A stretch of 63,948 bases of DNA, filler included, from Lenisia limosa (Eukaryota; Protista; Breviatea): the NCBI GenBank assembly GCA_001655205.1. It is 11 parts of 11 records of this genome, joined end to end, with 100 filler letters (N's around TTAATTAATTAA, not from the genome) between each part and the next. Parts side by side here need not be neighbours in the genome. Positions count along the whole stretch, not along the records: positions 1 to 16,764 come from LPNZ01002001.1; positions 16,865 to 21,741 come from LPNZ01010285.1; positions 21,842 to 36,150 come from LPNZ01008945.1; 8 more parts are not named here. One strand, 5' to 3'. Positions 12,601-22,550 of this stretch are shown here, in pieces. The stretch's first letter is position 1, and the number at the start of each line of letters is the position of its first letter. The notes beneath the pieces were generated by a model. It searched no databases, was not told where the DNA came from, and saw only the letters and a list, made by a program, of their open reading frames with translations. Made by a program: the position numbers and the translations under genes.

Positions 12601-15600
12601 GGTTCTTGCGATTGCGATTATTTTTGTTTCATCACTCAATGCCTCAACTACGTCCAAGTTTGCCGCATTGAAAATCTTCGTTTCCTTTGCTCAGGTTAGA
12701 GGAATGACTTTGGCATGTTTTGGCTTTCTAGGACCTTTTAGTACACATTTATGTAATACATCATCTTTGCAGATCATATGAGACAAATCTAGCAATTAAC
12801 ATAGTATTGTCTATAGCTATATGATATGTACAATATGTCTAAGCTTCTACACAAATTAAATGCCATATTTTTAGTTATATTACATATCTTATGTATTTGG
12901 AGACATTGCTATAAATATAGACTATAAGATGTGAGTATTTTTCCCAAACAACTTTACTCAAGCAGGAGATAACCCGCAAAAATGCAATACGATCGATTAT
13001 ACCAATAAATTCAGTTTTGCGTTAGGTTTTGAAGACTTTGACAATAGAATGAAGACGGATTTGATTTATATGACATCTGAATCTAGCCCCTAACCTCCCA
13101 GGTGACCTCCATCTACTCCGGTATGGACCTCAACTGGCCTGCCGAAGTCAAGGCGGTTATGAACGTTATGGCCGCATTAAACTTCAACGTTCAGGTGGGC
13201 ATCATATATCATGAGATTGGAGGATTTATGTTCCCATATAACCACGATTACTTGTACAAAACATAGTGCTAAGACTTTTCCCAGAAACCATGATGATATT
13301 AATTTTCCATCATATTTGCCCCTGAGAATTGACGCATCAGGTGACATCACCTGAGTGTTCAATCCAAGGCCAACTAGGATTCCAGCACATGTTACTCATC
13401 ACGGTGAGATGAAGAGTAACTTTGATCTGTTTGCCATTCTTATGATTAGAAAAGATATGATATCGGTCTGTTTCTTTTGATCAGATTTCAAGGAATTAAT
13501 CCTTCCGTCATAACTAATACACTTGTCCAAGTTGTTGTAATTCATTGTGATATTTATTCTTTTTTACTCCCCCTGAATTTTAATGAGCCATTTAATATAG
13601 TCTTGCCAGAATAGCATTATATAATACCCCTGAACATTTCACTTGCAATAGTTACAGATATACTTGACATTTTTTTCACTTTGGTAATCAATTAAAAGAT
13701 TTTTACCCCTTTTAAATTTATCAAAAAAAACCCCAATTGTCAATCACGCATTCAGTTGGTTATGCCGATTGTGATGCTTCTAACTGTTGGCATTATCCAC
13801 ACGGTGATTAGGATCATTGCACAGCCCCCTCCAACTCAAGGCCTCAGTAGCAGTCAAATACTCAAGTGGGGCAGAGCATTTTACATATATCAGAGGATGA
13901 GTTTTGTACATATGTATTTAAAGGGTTATGTGTTTTATCTATGTTATTCACCTGTCATGCACTCCCATTCACCCTCCCCCCAGTGCTGCGGGAGTGCGGA
14001 CAGTGTGCACTTTGGCCATGCTGCTGTACCTGCCGCTGTGTTTCGCTGTTCTGCGCTACTTCGACTGCACAGACCAGGGCCATGGCGTATACACCCTGGA
14101 TGCGCGTGGGGGGGGGGTAATAGTATGCGCGTGGGGGGTACTCTTGATGTTTGTGGTGTTGTCAAGGGGGAGCCTCAATGATAAATAGATATTTTAGCGA
14201 TCTTAATTAGGTCATAGTGACGCCCTCGTCACACATTCAGAGCCCTCAATAGAATGCTGGCAATCCGAGCACCTGTCATGGCTTCCTTTGGCCTTAATCG
14301 GCGCATTGGTGTACGTCGCTGCTATCCCTCTTTTAGTCATGGCTCTTCTCATCAGCCGATCTGATGTGCTATATGAAGATGAAACAATGGCAAAGTTTGT
14401 CCCTTTTATATACAGTGTATTTAAATTCTTGAAACTTGGATATATGACTCATTGATAGAATGAGTATTGCATATTTTTAGCACATTTAATTAAGTATATA
14501 GTGATGCAAAGTGCTTACGCTACATTCTCTAATATATTTTGTTGACTACAGTGAAATATTCTTGTTCTTTTTTATACTTGACCTAAAGACATAAACTTGT
14601 CCTCACACTCTCACCCAACCAGATTTGGCGTGCTTTACACCCGATTTGTCCCATCAGGGCTCAGTCAGTTCTGGGAATGTGTTATTTTCCTGCGTTCCTT
14701 CCTCCTCGTTGCTACCCTGCTAATATTCGGGTCTAGACCTGAACTACAGGTTTGAGAGGGTGGGGTGGTGAGGTGGTTTGGGGGTGTTACTTGGGTTTGT
14801 AAAGGCATGGTATACCTTACATGGTCAATTTTATTGACATTTATCATGAATGTCCGCTATCATTAGCTCACATTTTCATTGACCGTTCAAGGCGTCACTA
14901 GCTGCGTTTGTGCTGGTCATTATTATGACGGTGCAACAATACACCAAGCCTTACATCACCAACCAATTCAATAAATTGGACTCTCTCGCATCTTTTGTAA
15001 GTTGGATTGTTTTTTCTTGTTTTATGAACAGAAATTACGGAAATGTCACTCAAACATACTTTGATATGCATATCTTTTAATTTAATTACCTCACCCACCA
15101 GGTTAAAAAAAACTCAAGCACTCACCATTTTTAGGTGAACATTATGACGATTGTCTGTGGGATGACCTTCTATCTCTACGCCACACATGGACACATTCGA
15201 ACGCTCTTCACGGTCATAGCACTTACAACGTTGACAGCCAATTGCATCGTGCTGGTGGCTTCAGTTGTAATGGAGTTGATAAGGTGAGTTTGGTTGTTTA
15301 AAGTGATGCTTCTGATGCTAGTTTTTTTTTCAGGCATATTTGAATATTGTTGTATATTTAAGAGCCTTATCCACTGTGAATTCCTTGTGTCTTACTTGAC
15401 GAAGACTACTGGCCTGGATTTTGTTTGGTATTTTATTATCAAGCCTTAATCAATGTTTTGCAAATGTTTAGCTGAGTTTGCTTTGTATATCATATTAATT
15501 GAAATTTATCCCCCCCTCCTGGTTGATCTGTCAAATGCCTCTTGGTGCATTTTTCTTATTGTTTTTTTGGCGGATTACAAGGAAGACTGTATTTTTGAAA

Positions 15601-16036
15601 AACCATCTAATGATGCTTTGATTTTAGTTATATAACTACATTTATGTATTATAATATATATATATTACATAGTAGTTTACCGAATTAACTATTTCAGGCC
15701 GCCTGATCTTTTGAATATTGCGCAGCAAGGCCAAAAAGGTATTTTGAAACCATTTTTCATTACATATTCTGTAATGGTTTTGTTTTCTTAATATTTTCAG
15801 CGACAGAAGATTCTTTCTCTCCAATGTCAATGGAAACTTTAGTTGAATAGGCGCTTTGATTTGGATTTTACTATGTTTTATTATTTTATTTTTTTATCAG
15901 ATGGGTTGGAATACAAAGGCTGACGGGAATGAACAAGCTAAATTGCCACATTCTTGATAACAATTGTTTTAAAACAGATAGGGTTGTTTTTCAACCCACC
16001 AATGTCCAAATGGAATCTTGCAAGCTAGTTATATAA
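613..16036 (+). CDS. Large receptor-like membrane protein: IPT/TIG-like repeats, Cys-rich (GCC2/GCC3-like) repeats, EGF-like linker, ~9-TM C-terminal domain; about 40 exons
   Basis: Chain of GT-AG exons. TIG-like: GRNVTIKGGEF...VTVVNATLLEFTVP (4379-4650) and PAYITGINPGSIVA...IDIQGANFP (5212-5330). Cys-rich: CSCPLGMTFDDDYLCVPCPE, SPEGSVSASNCSCLPGF, CVCPPGSYY. Linker: CADGYEGFVCGDC. TM region: LKIFVSFAQVTSIY..DLNWP..., YFDC...PSIECW, FGVLYTRF...FWECVIFLR. The start codon and last exon (15901-16036) are less certain. Confidence 0.8.
4751..4939. mobile_element. MITE-like element (~190 bp) in an intron
   Basis: Imperfect ~28-bp terminal inverted repeats: aatgccctattgtcccgcgcag at the left, ctgcacgggtaaatagggcatt at the right. 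Confidence 0.7.
6457..7315. mobile_element. Non-autonomous DNA transposon (~860 bp) with 35-bp TIRs, intronic
   Basis: GTTAAAACCGCGAACATGATTAAAACCGCGAACAA at 6457-6491 and its exact reverse complement at 7281-7315. No internal transposase ORF seen. Confidence 0.85.
7345..7480 (+). repeat. Dispersed repeat family D, copy 1
   Basis: attctattgtcaaa...cctaacgcaaaactgaatttattggta...gcgggttatctcctg.ttgagtaaagttgtttggga; an inverted copy lies at ~12942-13065. Confidence 0.85.
8046..8105 (-). repeat. Short interspersed family B copy
   Basis: Reverse complement of the core atctggccgaagcc.tcacaccatcacg. Confidence 0.75.
10974..11035. mobile_element. MITE family A, minimal hairpin copy
   Basis: gggcttcactttggttcgaaaaaa...tttttttcgaaccaaagtgaagcgc; almost entirely TIR. 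Confidence 0.8.
11613..11696. repeat. ~22-bp tandem repeat (about 4 units) ending at a splice acceptor
   Basis: cccccattaatatcctcgggta units followed by cccag. Confidence 0.85.
11858..11952. repeat. 33-bp tandem repeat, about 3 units
   Basis: atgatcctagtttcaacagagactttactctct units with no spacers. Confidence 0.85.
12942..13065 (-). repeat. Dispersed repeat family D, copy 2 (inverted)
   Basis: Near-identical reverse complement of 7345-7480, in another intron of the same gene. Confidence 0.85.
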
Positions 16037-16099
16037 CCTTCGTTCCTCCCCTCCATCTCAATAACAATGGAGTGCAAGGGTATTTGAGTTTTATTTTTT

Positions 16100-16595
16100 G
16101 TCAAATCGACTTGGCAGCTCTGGACGCGCAGATCATCCCGCTTCCAATATACAACAACGTTAAATAAACCATGAAAACAAAACTATTTTAGCAATCTCTC
16201 CTCAAAATTGAACTCCAGGCAGGTCAGGAGTGCTGAAAGATGGGGGAATGTCTAAAACAGATAAAAGAGCGGACAACTGGTCACAGAATAATTTATAGCT
16301 TTTCAACAAGATTAAAATTCGGAGTAAGACGAGCATTATTCATATCAGTGCTTTTAAAACCAGAGTGAACCGTACACAACGTACACCTTGAAAAAAGTAA
16401 TAATAATATCAGTAAATATAACCAAAGCATACCCATAACGAGGTGACCTTCCTCAGGGTGTCCACAAGATAGGCTTCTTGTCTCTTCCAGTCATTAGTGA
16501 CTATGGTGTTGAGACGCTCCACGAATGCCACACCGGATGTAGACCTTTACCATGTTAGTTTGGGGGAAAGCAGGAGGAACGTTCTCCTCAGTACA
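16100..16595 (-). CDS. Partial multi-exon gene, unknown product
   Basis: Minus exons CTEENVPPAFPQTNM, RLNTIVTNDWKRQEAYLVDTLRKVTSLW and ALLTCLEFNFE with GT-AG boundaries. Confidence 0.45.
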
Positions 16596-16764
16596 CTACG
16601 TCAAAGCAATAATACATTTCAATTTCTTATGGAAAGAAAAATTAAAACCTCATCCACCAAACTGAAGAGACTCTCTCAAAGTCGCTATTATTCATTCAAA
16701 TATAATATAGGTGACTATACATGAACGCGAACACTCCCATGAACGCGAACGCTTTTTAGAAACA

Positions 16765-16863
16765 NNNNNNNNNNNNNNNNNNNNNNNNNNNNNNNNNNNN
16801 NNNNNNNNTTAATTAATTAANNNNNNNNNNNNNNNNNNNNNNNNNNNNNNNNNNNNNNNNNNN
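16765..16863. other. Artificial contig spacer N-TTAATTAATTAA-N (first of 10)
   Basis: Six-frame-stop linker at 16809, 21786, 36195, 43651, 52124, 54319, 56574, 60206, 61559 and 62789. Confidence 0.97.
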
Positions 16864-16878
16864 NCCCCCCCCCCCAGG

Positions 16879-19140
16879 CCCCAGCATGCTATGACTGGGC
16901 AGGACCTGCTGAGATTCGTGCCACCGAAGAAGATGCAACTATGTTGCTACAGTGGGAAGGGGTTCAATGTTATTGAAATGGGAGCCTCATAAATATCGAA
17001 ATTTTCACGGCCTTTTTTTCTACGGAAGAAAGCCCTTTAGATCATATGAATTTAGTGCTTTTCAACTGCTTGCCTACATTCAACTTGGACATTGAGTAGA
17101 AATGAGAAGTAACACAAGGAATTATCTGGCCTAAGCCGTTGACACCATCACGCTAATATACTATTGGATTATAGGACACTGTAATATATATTCACCCAAA
17201 CATTTATTAATGATTAGCTTTTTGTTCATTATTGGTCAGCTTTTTGCTTATTATGTTTCTTCATTAATGTTCAGCTCCCTCACCTTCAACTTGGACCACA
17301 CGCATCACGCCACTGTCCGCCTAGTTGATAATCCCGGACTTATTACAGAGGTGGGGGGAGGGTCGAACGATTTATCGAGAAATTCAGTGTTTTTCGAACT
17401 GAAGTGAAGCCCTATTGGTAAGCCAAATAGTTTGATATTTATATTCCTTCTTATTGAGGGGGAAAGCCCTGAGACAACAAATTATCTATAAATTATTATA
17501 ATTGTTGTCCAGTGGTGGGGGGGGGGNNNNNNNNNNNNNNNNNNNNNNNNNNNNNNNNNNNNNNNNNNNNNNNNNNNNNNNNNNNNNNNNNNNNNNNNNN
17601 NNNNNNNNNNNNNNNNNNNNNNNNNNNNNNNNNNNNNNNNNNNNNNNNNNNNNNNNNNNNNNNNNNNNNATAATTAGATAGTAATTTATATTCCTTCTTA
17701 TTGACCTTTCAGTTCGGACTGTACACCACCAATCTTGATGTGGTTGTTGCAATCAGCACAAATAACCTCAAGAAAGTTGGGGGAGGGTTGCTGGGAAAAG
17801 TGAGTTGAAAAGTGAAGGAGTGGAGAGGGGATTTACATTTCCCTACAAAATTTTCATTATCTGCTGAATATGACCTTCTTTCCAAGTAGGGCTTCACTTC
17901 GGTCCAAAAAATACCGGTAAAACATCGATAGTTTTCGAGGATTTATCGAGAAATTCAGTCTTTTTTGAAACGAAGTGAAGCCCTACTTCCAAGAGGGTGA
18001 TTGCTTGAGAATAAGGAAAATATAGTGATGGTAGTCTTAATGATAAATCAGATTATCGCTATCGCCCTTTTTAGCAAACCAAACCAACTAGAAATTATCT
18101 TTTTTTTTTTTTTATTGCACATGCCTCCCAAACCCTCATCANNNNNNNNNNTCCTCGATAAACATTGGAATTTCAATCAATATTCTCCTTTTTGATAGAG
18201 AAACCCTCATCACCCGCTCGCTCTCCCTTCCCCGGACATACTGTCATAAATCTTCAATAAATTCTCAATAAGCATCGATATTTGGACCACAGCTATATCC
18301 TCGTCACCCCCTCCCTCGGGCTTTGCTTGTTTTTTTGTTATCAACCCTTGTGTGTTGCCNNNNNNNNNNNNNNNNNNNNNNNNNNNNNNNNNNNNNNNNN
18401 NNNNNNNNNNNNNNNNNNNNNNNNNNNNNNNNNNNNNNNNNNNNNNNNNNNNNNNNNNNNNNNNNNNNNNNNNNNNNNNNNNNNNNNNNNNNNNNNNNNN
18501 NNNNNNNNNNNNNNNNNNNNNNNNNNNNNNNNNNNNNNNNNNNNNNNNNNNNNNNNNNNNNNNNTATGATATGTAAGGAGGGGGTTAGAGTATATGATAT
18601 CCTATGTATAATATAATAATCATAAAAATTCGTAGCTGGGGATGCACGCAGAAAGTTGTCAGCAAATGATTGGTGAATTCCTTCGCTTACCTCCCCCCCC
18701 CCCCCAGGATGANNNNNNNNNNNNNNNNNNNNNNNNNNNNNNNNNNNNNNNNNNNNNNNNNNNNNNNNNNNNNNNNNNNNNNNNNNNNNNNNNNNNNNNN
18801 NNNNNNNNNNNNNNNNNNNNNNNNNNNNNNNNNNNNNNNNNNNNNNNNNNNNATAAATTGTCCAATTTCACGTACATACTGGAGTGTTGGGATGCGGTGC
18901 TTCAGAAGTGACTGGCCTGGGCTTTGTTAGTTTTGCTGTTTCAACCCGCGTGTGTTGCCTGCCAACATATTTGTTTTTGGGCTTTTTGTTTTGTTTTCTA
19001 AATTATCGAAATTTATTCCTTCTCCCCCCTCCAGGATCAACACGGATAAAATCACACATTCTTTGTCCGAAATTGCGGACTTACCATCACGCTGGCAGCT
19101 TGGTGCAGCGGTGTACAAACCAAATAGTTGGGGGATGAGG
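16879..19140 (+). CDS. Multi-exon gene fragment(s), unknown product
   Basis: Exons SLTFNLDHTHHATVRLVDNPGLITE, FGLYTTNLDVVVAISTNNLKK, GDARRKLSAND and INTDKITHSLSEIADLPSRWQLGAAVYKPNSWGMR, separated by repeat-rich introns. Confidence 0.45.
17102..17193 (+). repeat. Short interspersed family B copy
   Basis: atgagaag...atctggcctaagccgttgacaccatcacgc...attggattat...ttcacccaaacat. Confidence 0.8.
17365..17412. mobile_element. MITE family A, right half
   Basis: tttatcgagaaattcagtgtttttcgaactgaagtgaagccc followed by ta. Confidence 0.75.
17889..17983. mobile_element. MITE family A, full copy (95 bp), TA flanks
   Basis: ta-GGGCTTCACTTCGG...CGAAGTGAAGCCC-ta, with internal ccggtaaaacatcgatagttttcgaggatttatcgagaaattcagtc. 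Confidence 0.9.
18878..19034 (+). repeat. Family C element ending at a splice acceptor
   Basis: ggagtgttgggatgcggtgcttcagaagtgactggcctgggctttg...tcaacccgcgtgtgttgcc...cccccctccag, then an exon. Confidence 0.85.
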
Positions 19141-19224
19141 TATATTATATGATGATGCACATGTGTATATGATATATAATATCATACTGTACATGATGTA
19201 GTATATGATATCATCATATTATTA

Positions 19225-19344
19225 GGGCTTCGTGCAATTAATTGAAAAATTTGATGAATATTGGAAGTGAGATCTTGAACTCCATACACTTTAATTTCAA
19301 ATTTTGTCTGTCAATTTCGTCAAACAGTTATTTGCACGAAGTCG
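19225..19344. mobile_element. MITE family H (120 bp), TA flanks
   Basis: ta-gggcttcgtgcaattaattg ... cagttatttgcacgaagtcg-ta; imperfect TIRs that share the GGGCTTC end with family A. Confidence 0.7.
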
Positions 19345-19546
19345 TACTTATTAGTATAGTATATAATATAGTATATTAAAATTACAAATAGTGGGGTGGC
19401 GGAGTATCAGTTTAGCGATTGTTTGCAATAACCTTGCTCCAAGACTGCTTGAATAACCTTGCCCTTAGACTGCGCTTTGAACTTTGTTGTCGACCCAAAT
19501 TTCAAGGAGTCTAATGACTACGCTGAAGTGAGGGGTTATATGAACC

Positions 19547-19876
19547 AAAATCACATACCCACAATCGCATACCCACAATCGCATACCCACAATCGCATAC
19601 CCAAAATCACATACCCANNNNNNNNNNNNNNNNNNNNNNNNNNNNNNNNNNNNNNNNNNNNNNNNNNNNNNNNNNNNNNNNNNNNNNNNNNNNNNNNNNN
19701 NNNNNNNNNNNNNNNNNNNNNNNNNNNNNNNNNNNNNNNNNNNNNNNNNNNNNNNNNNNNNNNNNNNNNNNNNNNNNNNNNNNNNNNNNNNNNNNNNNNN
19801 NNNNNNNNNNNCCCAAAATCACATACCCACAATCGCATACCCAAAATCACATACCCACAATCGCATATCCAAAATC
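19547..19876. repeat. 14-bp minisatellite, centre masked
   Basis: ccaaaatcacatac / ccacaatcgcatac units on both sides of the N run. Confidence 0.9.
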
Positions 19877-19962
19877 GCACCTAGGGGTATGAATTTATAG
19901 GAATGTGAAGGGGATGATCATACACTACACTACTACTCATTCACTTGGGATAGTATGACTAA

Positions 19963-20041
19963 AGCTTCACTTCGAAAAAGACAGGTAAAATATCGATAGT
20001 TTTTGAGGATTTCAGTCTTTTTTCGAACCTAAGTGAAGCCC
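19963..20041. mobile_element. MITE family A copy with internal deletion
   Basis: agcttcacttcgaaaaagacaggtaaaatatcgatag...tttcgaacctaagtgaagccc. Confidence 0.8.
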
Positions 20042-20242
20042 AAATTATGACAACAATAATATGGAATTGAAGAAATTTGTGGGATTCTCAAGTACCCTAT
20101 AGGAATCCCAAGTCGCTGTGCTGTAGTTTCATACTGTTGTTTTACAGTTGATAACATCACAATCAACACAGTGTAGAAAGCCCAATATCATCCTAATGCC
20201 ATAATTAAAAAACTGTCCAAATAATCATCAATCATCATCTAA

Positions 20243-20331
20243 TGATTGAGTGAATAAATATTATACTATCATTCAGTATCTGGGTGTGGAGGGCTTCGGC
20301 CAGATACAAACCTTGTTTTGTATTTCTCATT
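20243..20331 (-). repeat. Short interspersed family B, full copy
   Basis: Reverse complement reads aatgagaaat...aaggtttgtatctggccgaagccctccacacc...tttattcactcaatcatt. Confidence 0.8.
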
Positions 20332-20791
20332 GCCATTAGTATATATAGTTAGAGACTTCTTTTTCAGGATATTACTAACACCAACTCTCAATTTACAAGC
20401 AATACATTCACAACTTAAACTGAATCTCATACATTCACGGTCATAAATTTTCGTATCTAATCTTATAACTAAAATCATAATAGTCCTTTTGACCGATTTA
20501 GTTCACGATTGATAACACCAACATGCCTTGCGACGACTCCAAAAAGAACTCCGGCTTTTCCCAAGGATGTTGGGGGGGGGGTGGAATGAGATACATNNNN
20601 NNNNNNNNNNNNNNNNNNNNNNNNNNNNNNNNNNNNNNNNNNATTATATAGCGATATGATACTGGTAGTTTGCTTTTATGTTCAAAAAACAAGATGTATT
20701 TTCAAGTAGGCGGAGTAATGGGATGAGAAGCAGGTTTTTTCTGTATAATTCATACATTTTTCATTTTGACCCAATTTCTATCCCCTCCACC

Positions 20792-20854
20792 ACTACGCTG
20801 AAGTGATGGGATGCGGTGCTGCAGAAGTGACTGGCCCGGGCTTTGTTTGTTTTG
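20792..20854 (+). repeat. Family C element, 5' part (rest masked)
   Basis: ctacgctgaagtgatgggatgcggtgctgcagaagtgactggcccgggctttgtttg. Confidence 0.85.
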
Positions 20855-21373
20855 NNNNNNNNNNNNNNNNNNNNNNNNNNNNNNNNNNNNNNNNNNNNNN
20901 NNNNNNNNNNNNNNNNNNNNNNNNNNNNNNNNNNNNNNNNNNNNNNNNNNNNNNNNNNNNNNNNNNNNNNNNNNNNNNNNNNNNNNNNNNNNNNNNNNNN
21001 NNNNNNNNNNNNNNNNNNNNNNNNNNNNNNNNNNNNNNNNNNNNNNNNNNNNNNNNNNNNNNNNNNNNNNNNNNNNNNNNNNNNNNNNNNNNNNNNNNNN
21101 NNNNNNNNNNNNNNNNNNNNNNNNNNNNNNNNNNNNNNNNNNNNNNNNNNGCAACAATCGATATTAATAAATGTACTTTCAAGGAACAGTGTTGTCCAAC
21201 CTCTGGCAAAATTCGAGAAAATCGTTTTTTCATTCCTCTGGCAAAATGCGAGAAAATGTTTCTCTCATACTTCTAGCGAAGTTCGAGAAAATGACCAGTG
21301 AAACTGGCGCCACTGACGCATATGAAGGTGGAGGGGGAGGGGAAACTGGCGCCACTTTCACGTATGCAAGAGT

Positions 21374-21595
21374 TCAGAAGCGACTGGTCCAGGCTTTGTT
21401 TATTTTGTTGTTTTCAACTCTCGTGTGTTACCAGCTATCAGAGTCGACTTTTGNNNNNNNNNNNNNNNNNNNNNNNNNNNNNNNNNNNNNNNNNNNNNNN
21501 NNNNNNNNNNNNNNNNNNNNNNNNNNNNNNNNNNNNNNNNNNNNNNNNNNNNNNNNNNNNNNNNNNNNNNNNNNNNNNNNNCCTTCACCCCACAG
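21374..21595 (+). repeat. Family C element (partly masked) ending at a splice acceptor
   Basis: cagaagcgactggtccaggctttg...ttttcaactctcgtgtgtt, N run, then ccttcaccccacag and an exon. Confidence 0.7.
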
Positions 21596-22025
21596 TCGAA
21601 GGGGGAAAAGTTGTTATCCCTCCCCCGGACCTTGACCTGATCTTCACGGTACTCGACAACCCTATCACCGTTCCCGCCCATCTCAAGGCAAATCTCCTGG
21701 TTTGTTTTGATAATTTTATCGGCCAATCCTTTAGTTTATGGNNNNNNNNNNNNNNNNNNNNNNNNNNNNNNNNNNNNNNNNNNNNTTAATTAATTAANNN
21801 NNNNNNNNNNNNNNNNNNNNNNNNNNNNNNNNNNNNNNNNNTCCCTTCCTCATTTTTCAGGAGAGCGTCCAGACGTGACACTCGTGTATGCCTGGCCACC
21901 AAATTTTTTGGACGGGAATCCGCAAATTATATCATATCGTATACACCTTGCTGTCATCTCATTTAACAAAAATCTTTAACCCATAGGTGTTCCATGCTGA
22001 CTTGAGTGACGAAGATTTCGAATAG
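21596..22025 (+). CDS. 3' exons of an unknown gene, possibly spanning a contig spacer
   Basis: VEGGKVVIPPPDLDLIFTVLDNPITVPAHLK; ERPDVTLVYAWPPNFLDGNPQIISY; VFHADLSDEDFE*. Confidence 0.45.
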
Positions 22026-22550
22026 GTCTTTGAAGAGAGGTATTTAATGTTTCGAATTTTAATGTTTCCCCCCAATAATATTGTTCCACTTTTTTCCGAG
22101 TGGAGTGTTTTCATTTATTTCGTCGGATTTCTTGACCTTGAAAAGAGAATACTTCTATCAATAAATAAGCAAAAATCAGAACCATAAAAATCAGACCATA
22201 AGAATACCATACATATTACCTTGTCTGTATAGAGAAATTGAGCTTGCGCGGATAAGTCATTGTGAACGTTTCCGGTTCTGAAACGTAAGAAACGCAGACA
22301 ACAAAAAAAAAAGATTCTTTTGAAATGTACTGCTGAANNNNNNNNNNNNNNNNNNNNNNNNNNNNNNNNNNNNNNNNNNNNNNNNNNNNNNNNNNNNNNN
22401 NNNNNNNNNNNNNNNNNNNNNNNNNNNNNNNNNNNNNNNNNNNNNNNNNNNNNNNNNNNNNNNNCACTGAGCAACACATCAAGATCACCCAAGCACACAC
22501 ACGAAAATGAGAAAGAAAAAAAGGCAAAAAAACAAAAACAAAGATCAGTT

